From positions 1 to 62,467 of the forward strand of contig CAYNQE010000002.1 in NCBI GenBank assembly GCA_964399345.1: a stretch of DNA of 62,467 bases. Direction: 5' to 3'. The position numbers and the translations under genes are program-made. The notes beneath the pieces are model-generated. The model worked only from the letters and a program-made list of their open reading frames with translations. It searched no databases and was not told the origin of the DNA. Source of the stretch: an uncultured Candidatus Saccharibacteria bacterium (GTDB taxonomy: Bacteria > Patescibacteriota > Minisyncoccia > Phycocordibacterales > UBA2100). This document shows, piece by piece, positions 1 to 9,233 of this stretch; position 1 is the stretch's first letter; the number at the start of each line of letters is the position of its first letter.

Positions 1-387
1 ACTATTTTTCTTCTTTTCTATCATTCTTTCAACAATGACCAAAACTTCTGAAGGTATCGCATTTGCTTTAACAATATGCCCTGCTGCACCTAACTCTCTT
101 GCCCGTTCAAGATCTTCTTTCTCACCTTGGTTTGATAATACAATCCATGCAGCATCTGGTACTAACTTTTTTTCTTTAAGTTGCTTTAATAACTCAAATC
201 CATCCATTTTTGGCATAACTAAATCCATAACAACAGCATCTGGTTCATAACCATCTTCTATTTTAGACAAAGCTTCCTGTGTTCCATTAACTGCCTGAAT
301 AGTGTGGCCGGCTTGAGAAAATTTCAAGGCATACATGTCCAACAAAAACTCATCGTCATCTACAAGTAAAATATTATATTTTTCCAT
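1..387 (-). CDS. Response regulator receiver-domain protein (CheY-like); C-terminus runs off the window edge
   Basis: Absent from the ORF track because it has no stop inside the window. Hand translation from ATG (385-387, minus) gives MEKYNILLVDDDEFLLDMYALKF...PDAVVMDLVMPKMDGFELLKQLKE...WIVLSNQGEKEDLERARELGAAGHIVKA. This shows the acidic DD pair, the phospho-acceptor Asp in VMDLVMP and the conserved Lys. It starts 4 nt after the pilB stop. Confidence 0.8.
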   Translation of the reverse strand, partial: MEKYNILLVDDDEFLLDMYALKFSQAGHTIQAVNGTQEALSKIEDGYEPDAVVMDLVMPKMDGFELLKQLKEKKLVPDAAWIVLSNQGEKEDLERARELGAAGHIVKANAIPSEVLVIVERMIEKKKNS

Positions 388-391
388 ATGT

Positions 392-2191
392 TTAGGTTAC
401 CACACTATTAATTTCATCAGCAGAACCAGAACCTTCTGAGCTTGAGGTTATAATTTCCTCTGCCAACAACGCGCCACTTAGTTTATTAGCCTCAGCAAAC
501 GAAACCCTCCCCTTAAATGACTTTATAATTGCATCTTCCTTCATGGTAAGCATTCCATTTCTTCTTGTTATCTCGCTTATCTTGTCTTCAGCTGAATCTG
601 TTAATATTTGACGCTCTAACTCTCCATCCATTGATAATATTTCAAAAACTGCCAATCTTCCTCTTAAGCCGCTTGGGCATTCATCCGTAGGCTTTGATTC
701 AAAAAGAGTTTTTGGAATTTCTGGGCGATATTCCTCTGGTAAATCCGCAAATTGTTTCTCAAGCATCATTCGTGTACTTGCATCAATTTCCTTCTCGTCT
801 TCAGCCCCTTCACATGTCTTTCTAACAAGGCGTTGTGCAACAGCCAAAACAAGAGTTGGCGCAATTAGGTAAGGATCCACCCCCATATCAACAAGTCTTG
901 GAATAACGCCAATTGCTGAGTTTGTGTGAATAGTTGAAAGCACAAGGTGACCAGTTAGTGCGGCTTGGACCGCCAATTTAGCAGTTTCTCCATCTCGAAT
1001 TTCTCCAACCATAATTACATCTGGGTCCTGTCGTAGTGTTGTTCTAAGACCGCTAGCAAAAGTGTAGCCAATCTCAGGCCTTACTTGTGACTGGCTAACT
1101 CCCTCCATAAAGTATTCAACAGGGTCTTCAAGAGAGAGCACATTCTTTGTTTCTCTATCGAGCTCTGCAAGCATTGAATATAGAGTTGTTGATTTACCTG
1201 AACCTGTTGGTCCTGAAATTAGTATCAATCCATGAGGTTTTGCTACCGCTTCCCTTATCTTTCCAAGATGATCTTCTGAAAACCCAATTTCAGAGACTGG
1301 TATAAAACCTCTTTCCCTATCAAGGATTCGCATAACAATCTTTTCCCCATTAGTTGCAGGGAAAGTTGATACACGGAAGTCGATTTTATGCCCTCCTATC
1401 GTTGCTGAAAATCTACCGTCTTGAGGCTTCCTCCTCTCGTCTAGCCTCATTGAAGAAAGTACCTTTATTCTCGCCACAATTGCCTGATGAACTTTAGCAG
1501 GTAGAGTTAGAGAGGTGTGTAATATACCGTCAACTCTAAACCTAACCTTAATTAGCTTGTCCGTGCGCTCAATATGAACGTCTGAAGCCTGTCCGTCTAC
1601 AGCGTAGCGTAGTACGGTTGCAACGATTTTAATAACAGGGGCATCCTCTTTTATAAAAGCCTCCCCGCCACTTTCTTGTTCATTAATTTCTTCCTGAATG
1701 TTTTGCTCATCTTCTGTTAATTCGGTTTCAAGTTCAGTTAGCGCCTGTCCAACCTCACCTCCAAGAGAGTTATACATTTTAAGAACAGCCTGTAGATCAG
1801 CTTCTGAAATTAAAAATACCTTAAAAGGAAGCCCTTTCTTTCTGGTTATAAAATTAAGTGCATCTATTCCTCCAATATTTGAAGGATCAGTCATACCCAC
1901 CTCAAGAACACCGTCGGAAATCGCCAACGGTACCATAGAATAGTGTGTGGCTGACTCCTCAGGAATATTATCCAATATATTAAATGGAATTTGCTCTCCG
2001 CTTAAAACTCTGGTTGGTACTGAAGAACTTCCGGCCTTGGCTGTAAGAATACTTTCTTGAGACACTCCTACTTTTCTCAATACTTCCTCTACTGGTATAC
2101 CTTGAGTTTCTGAATTTTTAAGTACAGTCTCAGCGTCCTCTTTAGAGAGGACCCCTTTCTCAACGAGGCCTTGCATGAGGGAGTTCCCCAT
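392..2191 (-). CDS. pilB: Type IV pilus assembly ATPase (GspE/PilB family)
   Basis: 599 aa. Walker A GPTGSGKSTT, Walker B/Asp box DPDVIMVGEIRD, His box TGHLVLSTIHTN, N-terminal GspE_N-like repeats. Lies in a cluster with pilM/N/O-like genes. Confidence 0.92.
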   Translation of the reverse strand: MGNSLMQGLVEKGVLSKEDAETVLKNSETQGIPVEEVLRKVGVSQESILTAKAGSSSVPTRVLSGEQIPFNILDNIPEESATHYSMVPLAISDGVLEVGMTDPSNIGGIDALNFITRKKGLPFKVFLISEADLQAVLKMYNSLGGEVGQALTELETELTEDEQNIQEEINEQESGGEAFIKEDAPVIKIVATVLRYAVDGQASDVHIERTDKLIKVRFRVDGILHTSLTLPAKVHQAIVARIKVLSSMRLDERRKPQDGRFSATIGGHKIDFRVSTFPATNGEKIVMRILDRERGFIPVSEIGFSEDHLGKIREAVAKPHGLILISGPTGSGKSTTLYSMLAELDRETKNVLSLEDPVEYFMEGVSQSQVRPEIGYTFASGLRTTLRQDPDVIMVGEIRDGETAKLAVQAALTGHLVLSTIHTNSAIGVIPRLVDMGVDPYLIAPTLVLAVAQRLVRKTCEGAEDEKEIDASTRMMLEKQFADLPEEYRPEIPKTLFESKPTDECPSGLRGRLAVFEILSMDGELERQILTDSAEDKISEITRRNGMLTMKEDAIIKSFKGRVSFAEANKLSGALLAEEIITSSSEGSGSADEINSVVT

Positions 2192-2197
2192 AGCTAA

Positions 2198-2545
2198 TTA
2201 TTCTTGAAACGGATCGTTAGCCGATACGTCTCCTTCAAAATTTTCCCCTGATGGTAAGAACGGGTTGTCTCGTCCTACTGGCTCTGGAACAATTTGCTTT
2301 CCGAAATCTTGTAACTTACCAAATGCTGGGTTCTCAAAAATCGAACTATCCAATTGAATAGAGCGCATATCTAATAGCAGCCTAAGAATATCTTGATCCA
2401 CCACTACACTTCCTGAATTTCTAGAATTATTTGTGAGCAATTCCGAGCTTGTTTGGCTACCTGAAAGACCAAACCATCCCAGCCCCGCAATTACAACAAT
2501 AAGTATCACTAGAATTATTTTGTTTTCTTTTAGTGTATCTAACAT
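2198..2545 (-). CDS. Small single-pass membrane protein, PilP-like (RDNPF motif)
   Basis: 115 aa with an N-terminal TM helix (IILVILIVVIAGLGWFGL) and a GRDNPFLP motif resembling the R(D/N)PF motif of PilP-type pilus assembly proteins. Positioned between the PilO-like gene and pilB. Confidence 0.45.
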   Translation of the reverse strand: MLDTLKENKIILVILIVVIAGLGWFGLSGSQTSSELLTNNSRNSGSVVVDQDILRLLLDMRSIQLDSSIFENPAFGKLQDFGKQIVPEPVGRDNPFLPSGENFEGDVSANDPFQE

Positions 2546-2552
2546 ATAAATA

Positions 2553-3116
2553 TTACGGTAACCAGTAAGTCATTAAAGAAACATTGAATGTGTAGTTATC
2601 TTGAATTTCTGCAGAAAGAGGTTGTATGTTAAGAGATACTAAATCTACAACTCTTAAGCTTGACTCTAGGTCTTTAAGTAGAAGAACAAATTCATCGTAG
2701 GTTGATACAACTTCAAATTGTAATGTTAGAGACTTATACGGCAAATTTTGAGTATCTCCACCGTTTAATACGGACCCATCTTCTCCTTCTTTATTAGGTC
2801 CCTCAACTGAAACGCTCTGTATTCGTATTCCATACTTAGAAGCTATCCCGTCCATATCAAGAACTAATCTAACGTTGTCTACATGATCTGGAAGCATTTT
2901 TTGAAGCCTCTCAACATCTGTTTGAGTAAATAGGTTGTATCTTGAAAGCAGGCTACTCTTTAACTCTTGAATTTCACGAGTCTTGCTAAGTGCCTCATCA
3001 TATTGTGCTACCGTATCCTGGCTATTCTGAACATTATCGTAAGTTGGCCCTACGTAATACACAAAGGTTAGTACCGAAACTATTAAAAATATTACTGATA
3101 GTACTGTTTTTGTCAT
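2553..3116 (-). CDS. PilO-like pilus assembly protein
   Basis: 187 aa with an N-terminal TM helix followed by a coiled-coil segment and an alpha/beta C-terminal region. Gene order pilM-pilN-pilO is typical. Confidence 0.55.
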   Translation of the reverse strand: MTKTVLSVIFLIVSVLTFVYYVGPTYDNVQNSQDTVAQYDEALSKTREIQELKSSLLSRYNLFTQTDVERLQKMLPDHVDNVRLVLDMDGIASKYGIRIQSVSVEGPNKEGEDGSVLNGGDTQNLPYKSLTLQFEVVSTYDEFVLLLKDLESSLRVVDLVSLNIQPLSAEIQDNYTFNVSLMTYWLP

Positions 3117-3118
3117 AA

Positions 3119-3790
3119 TTACTGTTCTACCTCATTACTTCCACCAAACTCTCCAAAACTCTCTTCAGCGGGCTCCTCTACAGTCTCAGGAACATATTGC
3201 GAAACATTAGTATAATTTATTGCCGAAGGATTAATATTTGCAGTCACCACAAACGAAACCCCATCACTTATTAAGTCAATCTCAGAAAAGATTGGGTTTC
3301 CAATTGCGTTATGTTGTCCAAATACACTAGCCTGAAGTGCTACTCCATTAACACTTCGCGCTTTTCCTTTCATAATTACAACCATTTCGTTTGTAACTCC
3401 TCCAGATGTATATTCAAACGAGTCATACGAAACGGACTTTAAAGTAGTCTCCTGTAAAACTTTAAATATTTCAGACGGTGCAGTGTGATTTGTTAGTACA
3501 GAATTTGCTGCTATTAATCTAGCGTCTAGTCTAAGCAGCTGTTTAACAGAGTCTTCGTCCAATGCCTGACGCGCCCTATTTAATTGTTCTGCCTTTTTAT
3601 CTACATTTGCAGTTAGAAATCTATCGTAAAGAAATACTCCTGCAGCCAAAGCAAGAGAAGCGGCTAGAATAACCACTGTAATTAATATCAAAATATCACC
3701 CCCTCCCCCTGAAGATTTCTTAGGAGTACGTCCAGGCTGACGCGCTGGCATCTTCTCCGGTATGAACGATGATTTTATTTGTGATTCCAT
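3119..3790 (-). CDS. PilN-like pilus assembly protein
   Basis: 223 aa: short cytoplasmic N-terminus, one TM helix (ILILITVVILAASLALAAGVFLY), then a coiled coil. Immediately downstream of pilM. Confidence 0.55.
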   Translation of the reverse strand: MESQIKSSFIPEKMPARQPGRTPKKSSGGGGDILILITVVILAASLALAAGVFLYDRFLTANVDKKAEQLNRARQALDEDSVKQLLRLDARLIAANSVLTNHTAPSEIFKVLQETTLKSVSYDSFEYTSGGVTNEMVVIMKGKARSVNGVALQASVFGQHNAIGNPIFSEIDLISDGVSFVVTANINPSAINYTNVSQYVPETVEEPAEESFGEFGGSNEVEQ

Positions 3791-3807
3791 AAAAAATATT
3801 CAACGAA

Positions 3808-4941
3808 CTATTCCTGCATTTTTCTCAAAGCCATCCCAACCGCAACTGCAAATTCTGGACCTACTTCATTTAGCACTTCTTCAAGAAATGCTGGCGTTTG
3901 TATCTTTTCAAAAGGATTTCCTTTTTCTACTTCAACACTTACTATCTCGCTAATATACTTAGTAAGACCGTGTAATCCTGACCCTCCTCCTGTCAACACA
4001 ATACGAGAAACATTACGCCCATGCTTCTTCTCGTAACTTAATAGTACGCGATTAACATCTGAAAAAATACGCCCTAGTGTTGATAACAAGGCCTGTTTTA
4101 CCTGATTATCTTGTTCTGCGTCTGTACCTTCACGGACCATAAGACCCAAATCTTTCTTCATACGTTCAGCGTGTTCAAAATTCCACCCCAAAGCTCTTGA
4201 AACAGAAAGAGTCATTTCTTGAGAGCCCAAGTTTATAAGATGAGAAAATCGTATAACACCTCTTTCTACAATATATACTTTTGTTGTAGCTGCCCCAATA
4301 TCAACAATCATAATTGGCGCAATTCCGTGTGCTAAAGAAGACCTAACTGCACCAAAAATTTCTAACTCATAGAATCCAACATTTAATCCTGCGGTTTTAG
4401 ATATTGTTTGTAGATTAGTAAGAACTTCATTATGAATCGCAACAAGAAGAACTTCTGTCTTCTTAACATCATCTTTCTCCTCATCATCGCGAGACCATTC
4501 ACTGTTTGATTGATCTTTTGGAATAATAAACCAGTCTAATAGCACTTCGTTTATATTGGCTGGAATATATTTACGAGCCTCCAATGGAATCATTTGAGCA
4601 AGTTGCTCAGCTGGCATATCTGGCATCTCAATTACCGAAGTTAAACTTGAAAGAAATGGTACTGAAACCCCTGCATTTGTTGCAGTAACATTAGATTCAT
4701 TAACTAAATCCGTTAAAGCTTTTCCTCGCTCGGTTGGAGATAGATGTGTTGCTCTACCTACTTCTGTTCCTGAATACGGCCCCAGAGCAATTTCTCCATA
4801 AGTCTCAAGAACGGCCCTTCCCTTTTCCCGACGCAGCTGCACCACTTTAATTGAAGAAGTTCCTATATCCACCCCCAAAACACTGCTTCCACGGGGATTG
4901 CCTTTGCTTAATGAACCAAGAACTTTATCAAAAATGCCCAT
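3808..4941 (-). CDS. pilM: Type IV pilus assembly protein PilM (actin-like ATPase fold)
   Basis: 377 aa. N-terminal phosphate-1 motif GVDIGTSSIKVVQL, a second motif IMIVDIGAATTKVY, and a C-terminal LTGGGSGLHGL motif. Confidence 0.85.
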   Translation of the reverse strand: MGIFDKVLGSLSKGNPRGSSVLGVDIGTSSIKVVQLRREKGRAVLETYGEIALGPYSGTEVGRATHLSPTERGKALTDLVNESNVTATNAGVSVPFLSSLTSVIEMPDMPAEQLAQMIPLEARKYIPANINEVLLDWFIIPKDQSNSEWSRDDEEKDDVKKTEVLLVAIHNEVLTNLQTISKTAGLNVGFYELEIFGAVRSSLAHGIAPIMIVDIGAATTKVYIVERGVIRFSHLINLGSQEMTLSVSRALGWNFEHAERMKKDLGLMVREGTDAEQDNQVKQALLSTLGRIFSDVNRVLLSYEKKHGRNVSRIVLTGGGSGLHGLTKYISEIVSVEVEKGNPFEKIQTPAFLEEVLNEVGPEFAVAVGMALRKMQE

Positions 4942-4986
4942 ATATTAGTGATATTGTAGCATGTCTACCTAGGTTACAATTAGGAG

Positions 4987-5574
4987 ATGTTAGAAAAATT
5001 GATACAAATACTGTTTCCTGAGACTAATTACGAAAGAATAGTTTCAAATATTGAATACCTAACTCCAGAGGCTAGTATTGGAAGAGTGGTTACGTGCTGT
5101 GATTATAGAAACAGAGAAGTTAAAGCGGCAATCTCTCTTTTAAAAAGAGGAGTGCGATCAAACTCCGACCAACTTCTCTCAACGCTACTCTACGACGTAC
5201 TACTTGAAGAAGTTTCCGAATATGATTTCTGGGACAGGAAGCAGGTGGTAATAATCCCAATGCCCATTTCTAGCAAAAGAAGAAAGGAGCGTGGGTTCAA
5301 CCAAATGGAGCGAATTTGTGAACTACTACCTTCCCCATTAAAAGAATGTGTTGATACCAAGGTGTTAAAACAAGTCAAGAATGTTCCTATGCAGAAAAAA
5401 CTCTCCCGAAAGGAGAGAATTGAAAATGTTAAGGATATTTTTGAAGTTAGCGGTGACCTAAAAGGAAAAACTGTCATTTTAGTTGACGACGTTTTCACAA
5501 CTGGAGCCACAATGAATGAAGCGATTGAAACTCTTGGATGTAATGTTAAGGCATTTGCACTAGCTCGTGCTTAA
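4987..5574 (+). CDS. comF: ComF-family phosphoribosyltransferase-domain protein
   Basis: 195 aa. PRPP-binding motif VILVDDVFTTGATMNEA at the C-terminus and ComFC-like length. TACAAT (4975-4980) lies 6 nt upstream of the ATG. Confidence 0.75.
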   Translation: MLEKLIQILFPETNYERIVSNIEYLTPEASIGRVVTCCDYRNREVKAAISLLKRGVRSNSDQLLSTLLYDVLLEEVSEYDFWDRKQVVIIPMPISSKRRKERGFNQMERICELLPSPLKECVDTKVLKQVKNVPMQKKLSRKERIENVKDIFEVSGDLKGKTVILVDDVFTTGATMNEAIETLGCNVKAFALARA

Positions 5575-6009
5575 TTTATCTACCATCTCAATTTCCTCAT
5601 AAATTCCTTCAATTAAGTCGTAGTTCCTTGCTTCCTCTAGTGTTACCCAAGCATATTCAACACTGTCTTCATCTAAAATAACTTCCCCACTTAAAAAAGG
5701 CGCGTGATAACTTAAGACTATTACAGGAACCCCGTCTGGGCGTATAAAAGTAATATCCAAGAGAAAGTCGAGTTTCCCAACCTCTAAGTTAGACTCTTCT
5801 TTAATTTCTCTTCGTAGAGAGTTCTCAATTGCACCATACCAATGATCCCCTGTTGTCTTTGGCGTATTTATATAATCTTCTGTCTCGAGTCCTCCACCGG
5901 GAACCGTCCACATATTAGGAAATGCCTTCTTGTTGGGTGCGCGTTTTAATATTAGGTATTTTTTATCCTTATGAATTATTGCAGTTGATGTAATTCGGTG
6001 TAGTTCCAT
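5560..6009 (-). CDS. NUDIX hydrolase
   Basis: 149 aa. Nudix box GGGLE...(x)...REIKEESNLEV. Converges on comF with a 15-nt 3' overlap. Confidence 0.85.
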   Translation of the reverse strand: MELHRITSTAIIHKDKKYLILKRAPNKKAFPNMWTVPGGGLETEDYINTPKTTGDHWYGAIENSLRREIKEESNLEVGKLDFLLDITFIRPDGVPVIVLSYHAPFLSGEVILDEDSVEYAWVTLEEARNYDLIEGIYEEIEMVDKLSTS

Positions 6010-6031
6010 ATAAACATACTACCAAACAATT

Positions 6032-6121
6032 TGGCGGAGAGAGAGGGATTCGAACCCTCGAGGGAGTTACCCCCCTACATCCTTAGCAGGGATGCGCTTT
6101 CGACCACTCAGCCATCTCTCC
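6032..6121 (-). tRNA. tRNA-Ser (anticodon GCU), class II with long variable arm, CCA encoded
   Basis: The reverse complement reads GGAGAGA-TG-GCTGAGTGGTCGAAAGC-G-CATCC-CTGCTAA-GGATG-TAGGGGGGTAACTCCCTC-GAGGG-TTCGAAT-CCCTC-TCTCTCC-G-CCA. All four stems pair. It overlaps the spurious 5' extension of the recG ORF in the track. Confidence 0.9.
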
Positions 6122-6159
6122 GTGAGTGCTACGATACCATATTTGATATACTTCAACCA

Positions 6160-8286
6160 ATGAAACCGACAGACAAATTGACCGACCACTTCCGGCTTGT
6201 AAAACAACAAAAGGCAGCTTTAGAGAAGCTAAACATAACTACCTTACAGGACCTTTTGTTCCACTTCCCTAACCGCTATGAAGATGTGGGGGCTGCAAGA
6301 AGAATAATCGACATTAATGGAGACGAGATAGTAACTGTTTATGGAGAACTCTCTAACTTAGAAAAGAAACTAGCATGGAAAACAAAGCGATATATGGTCG
6401 ACGCTACTCTATCTGACGCCACTGGAAGCATAGGGATAAAATGGTTTAACCAACCATACGCCGCAAAGATGTTTGAACACGTAAAGTACGTGAAAGTAAC
6501 TGGAAAACCTACCGGTAAATCTAAAATGTATTTTGCAAATCCAACAATCCACCCAATGCCCTCATTACCTGAAATGGAGAGTCCCGCCGAACTTTTTTCT
6601 GTGTATCCTGAAAGTCGTGGGATAACAAGTAGGTGGATGTATCACACAATTCATAGACTACTAGAAGAAGGTGTTCACGAGGAAATTGAAGACATCATTC
6701 CCAAGAGTATTTTAAAAAAGTACAAACTCCCTTCTATTTCAAGCGCCCTCGTATGGGTTCACACCCCTCAAAAGAAAAAAGACGCCTTCTCTTCAAGAAA
6801 ACGCTTCTCTTTTGAAGAAGTCTTCCTGATCCAAGTAGCACACCAAAAGAACCGTTACGAGAGTACTCAACTTAAGGCTCCACACGTAAGCGCAGACGAA
6901 GACGCCGCACAAAGCTATGTTGACGCACTGCCATACACTCCTACCAAAGCGCAAACTCATTCAATTAAAACTATTCTTGAAGATTTCAAAAGAAATTTTC
7001 CAATGTCTCGCCTATTAGAAGGTGATGTTGGTTCAGGAAAGACAACGGTAGCGGCCGCCACAATGTATTCAATAGCAAGAGGAAGTATTGAAAGTAAAAA
7101 GTACGCAAACCCACAAGTGGCATACATGGTTCCTACTGAAATATTGGCAAAGCAACAGTTTGCAGGATTGATTGAAGCCTTTGAGCACTCACCTATTCCA
7201 ATTGGTCTCATTACAGGAAGTGGCTGCAGAAAATTCCCTTCAAAAGTTAATCCAAAGGAATCAACAAAAATCTCCCGCGCACAGTTAAGCAAGTGGGTTA
7301 AAAACGGAGAGATCCCTATAGTTGTAGGAACCCACGCTCTAATTTCAAAGAATGTAGTCTTTGAAAACCTAGCCTACGTTATCATCGACGAGCAACATCG
7401 TTTTGGAACTAAACAAAGAAAAAAACTTGCACAAAAAGACGGTTCCGCCCCTCACCTACTATCAATGACAGCAACCCCAATTCCAAGAACTCTTGCTCTC
7501 ACCATTTACGGAGACCTAGATCTATCAATTCTTGATGAAAAACCAAAGGGGCGAAAAGAAATACAAACAAAAGTTGTTCCACCAAAGCAACGAGACGAGG
7601 TCTACACCGCCGTACGCAGCGAATTATTAAATGGAAGACAAGCGTACGTAATTTGCCCGCGAATTGACGAGCCTGATCCAGATAAGGCTCTCGCCTTGAG
7701 AGTAAAGTCTGTAAAAGCTGAAGCCAAACGACTTCAAGACGGGCCGTTTTCAGACTACGTTGTAGATATTCTTCACGGAAAAATGACTCCAAAGGAAAAG
7801 GAAGAAGTTATGGACCGTTTTGAAAACAAAGAGGTTGATATATTAATCGCCACCTCAGTAGTTGAAGTTGGTGTTAACGTGCCAAACGCCACCATGATAA
7901 TAATTGAAGGGGCAGAACGTTTCGGGCTTTCACAACTTCATCAACTACGTGGCCGTGTTCAACGCTCAAGCTACCAGCCGTACTGTTACCTTTTCTCAGA
8001 CACTAAAACCCAAACTTCACTTGATAGACTAAAGGCACTTGAAAAGAACTCAGATGGGTTTGCCTTAGCCGAAGAAGACCTAAAGCTTCGTGGAGCAGGT
8101 CAATTAGCAGGAATGCAACAATGGGGAGTCTCCGATATGGGAATGGAAGCTCTACAAAATTTAAAAATGGTTGAAGCTGCAAGAAATGAGGCAACGAAAT
8201 TAATTGAAAGGGATCCTGGACTAAAAAAACACGAACTCATTGCAGAAAGAATCCAAGAAAAGCTCTCGGATTTACACATGGAATAG
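6160..8286 (+). CDS. recG: ATP-dependent DNA helicase RecG
   Basis: Helicase motif I GDVGSGKT and motif II DEQHRFG, an N-terminal wedge/OB region, and C-terminal QLHQLRGRVQR. I moved the start to M44 (6160) because 6031-6121 is a tRNA. TATACT (6147-6152) lies 7 nt upstream. Confidence 0.92.
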   Translation: MKPTDKLTDHFRLVKQQKAALEKLNITTLQDLLFHFPNRYEDVGAARRIIDINGDEIVTVYGELSNLEKKLAWKTKRYMVDATLSDATGSIGIKWFNQPYAAKMFEHVKYVKVTGKPTGKSKMYFANPTIHPMPSLPEMESPAELFSVYPESRGITSRWMYHTIHRLLEEGVHEEIEDIIPKSILKKYKLPSISSALVWVHTPQKKKDAFSSRKRFSFEEVFLIQVAHQKNRYESTQLKAPHVSADEDAAQSYVDALPYTPTKAQTHSIKTILEDFKRNFPMSRLLEGDVGSGKTTVAAATMYSIARGSIESKKYANPQVAYMVPTEILAKQQFAGLIEAFEHSPIPIGLITGSGCRKFPSKVNPKESTKISRAQLSKWVKNGEIPIVVGTHALISKNVVFENLAYVIIDEQHRFGTKQRKKLAQKDGSAPHLLSMTATPIPRTLALTIYGDLDLSILDEKPKGRKEIQTKVVPPKQRDEVYTAVRSELLNGRQAYVICPRIDEPDPDKALALRVKSVKAEAKRLQDGPFSDYVVDILHGKMTPKEKEEVMDRFENKEVDILIATSVVEVGVNVPNATMIIIEGAERFGLSQLHQLRGRVQRSSYQPYCYLFSDTKTQTSLDRLKALEKNSDGFALAEEDLKLRGAGQLAGMQQWGVSDMGMEALQNLKMVEAARNEATKLIERDPGLKKHELIAERIQEKLSDLHME

Positions 8287-8311
8287 TGTATACTCGAAAA
8301 TAGGAGGTACT

Positions 8312-8422
8312 ATGGATCAATTTAATTTAATCCTTGGCGGAGTAATCTGCTTAGGAATCGGCTTTTTAATTCGCGGCATATACGGTCAAATTAAAAAGAC
8401 AAAAATCCGAAGAGCGGGGTGA
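8312..8422 (+). CDS. Small hydrophobic ORF (36 aa)
   Basis: AGGAGG at 8302-8307, 4 nt from the ATG. Sequence MDQFNLILGGVICLGIGFLIRGIYGQIKKTKIRRAG is one TM helix plus a basic tail. The track ORF starting at 8240 would overlap the recG 3' end. Confidence 0.4.
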   Translation: MDQFNLILGGVICLGIGFLIRGIYGQIKKTKIRRAG

Positions 8423-8426
8423 CAAA

Positions 8427-8603
8427 ATGAATGAGATGCTACTGATTGCTTTCGCCACACTTGTGATGATAACATGCATTGCAAGCTGGATTGCGCTGAG
8501 AAAATTCAACAGCTTTTTGAGTGAATTACACAGAAAGCTTGTGAAACTTTCAATCCAATTCGAAGAAATAACGAAGCAATTGGAAAAAGACCTTGCAAAA
8601 TAA
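8427..8603 (+). CDS. Small membrane ORF (58 aa)
   Basis: Below the track length cutoff. Hand translation MNEMLLIAFATLVMITCIASWIALRKFNSFLSELHRKLVKLSIQFEEITKQLEKDLAK gives a TM helix plus an amphipathic helix. It starts 4 nt after the preceding ORF and is followed by a GC hairpin. Confidence 0.4.
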   Translation: MNEMLLIAFATLVMITCIASWIALRKFNSFLSELHRKLVKLSIQFEEITKQLEKDLAK

Positions 8604-8607
8604 TGAA

Positions 8608-8625
8608 GGGCCCGTCACCGGGCCC
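8608..8625. terminator. GC-rich hairpin between convergent genes
   Basis: GGGCCCGTCACCGGGCCC followed by TTTAA. Lies between the small + strand ORFs and the 8632-9231 minus-strand gene. Confidence 0.55.
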
Positions 8626-8631
8626 TTTAAG

Positions 8632-9231
8632 CTATCTAAACAAATTTAAAAAGAATCTCTCGATTGCAACAATCACTGCTGCCAAACTACTCTCAACACT
8701 TTTTCTATAAACCACTTCTCCTTCTGGATTAAACGATGCTTCCACATCACTTTCAAAATACGAATAGCATTGCTGTTTGCCGTAATCCTCACACACACTA
8801 GTAGTACAAGAAGCAACTCCACCAATAGTATCCCTGGTGCAAGTTCCACATCCGTTAGTCCAGCTACTACAAATGCCCGGAACGTAATTAATTGAAGTGT
8901 TAGTCGTAAAATCTTCCACGATTACAGAAACACTATTCTCTTTAAAATCAACGCGTGGATGTTTTTGTATAAGAGTGGCTGAGTATTCTCCGGCATCAAT
9001 ATATGTATGTGTAACCTGCTGATAATATTTCTTCGTAGAAGTACACTCACGCTCACTACTTTCACTACCATCCCCCCAATCTACTCTAGAGGTAAGTCCG
9101 TCTTTACAAAGATCCCCACCAACAAGTACCCTTGCCCTTACTTCAAGCGGAACAGTTCCGTTGGAAGGTTCAACACTAAATCCATGTGCTACTACAGGAA
9201 GAAAAAGAACAACTAGAAGCAAGTACTTCAT
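8632..9231 (-). CDS. Secreted PKD-like domain protein with a C-terminal 6-Cys module and hydrophobic tail
   Basis: 199 aa. Signal peptide MKYLLLVVLFLPVVAHG. PKD-like signature VDWGDGSESS...THTYIDAGEYSATL. Cys module CSSWTNGCGTCTRDTIGGVASCTTSVCEDYGKQQC is homologous to a module in the next gene. Confidence 0.6.
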   Translation of the reverse strand: MKYLLLVVLFLPVVAHGFSVEPSNGTVPLEVRARVLVGGDLCKDGLTSRVDWGDGSESSERECTSTKKYYQQVTHTYIDAGEYSATLIQKHPRVDFKENSVSVIVEDFTTNTSINYVPGICSSWTNGCGTCTRDTIGGVASCTTSVCEDYGKQQCYSYFESDVEASFNPEGEVVYRKSVESSLAAVIVAIERFFLNLFR

Positions 9232-9233
9232 AG

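Noticed and set aside
35-250. 71-aa + strand ORF at the left edge
   Set aside because: It lies antisense to a much better minus-strand reading frame (1-387) that encodes a textbook CheY-like receiver domain. Its composition (Ser/Pro/Phe-rich) is typical of antisense frames.
6031-6159. N-terminal 43-codon extension of the recG ORF (MAEREGFEPSRELPPY...)
   Set aside because: This stretch is the reverse complement of a complete tRNA-Ser(GCU). EGFEPS is the classic translation artefact of a T-arm. The RecG homology starts at the Met at 6160.
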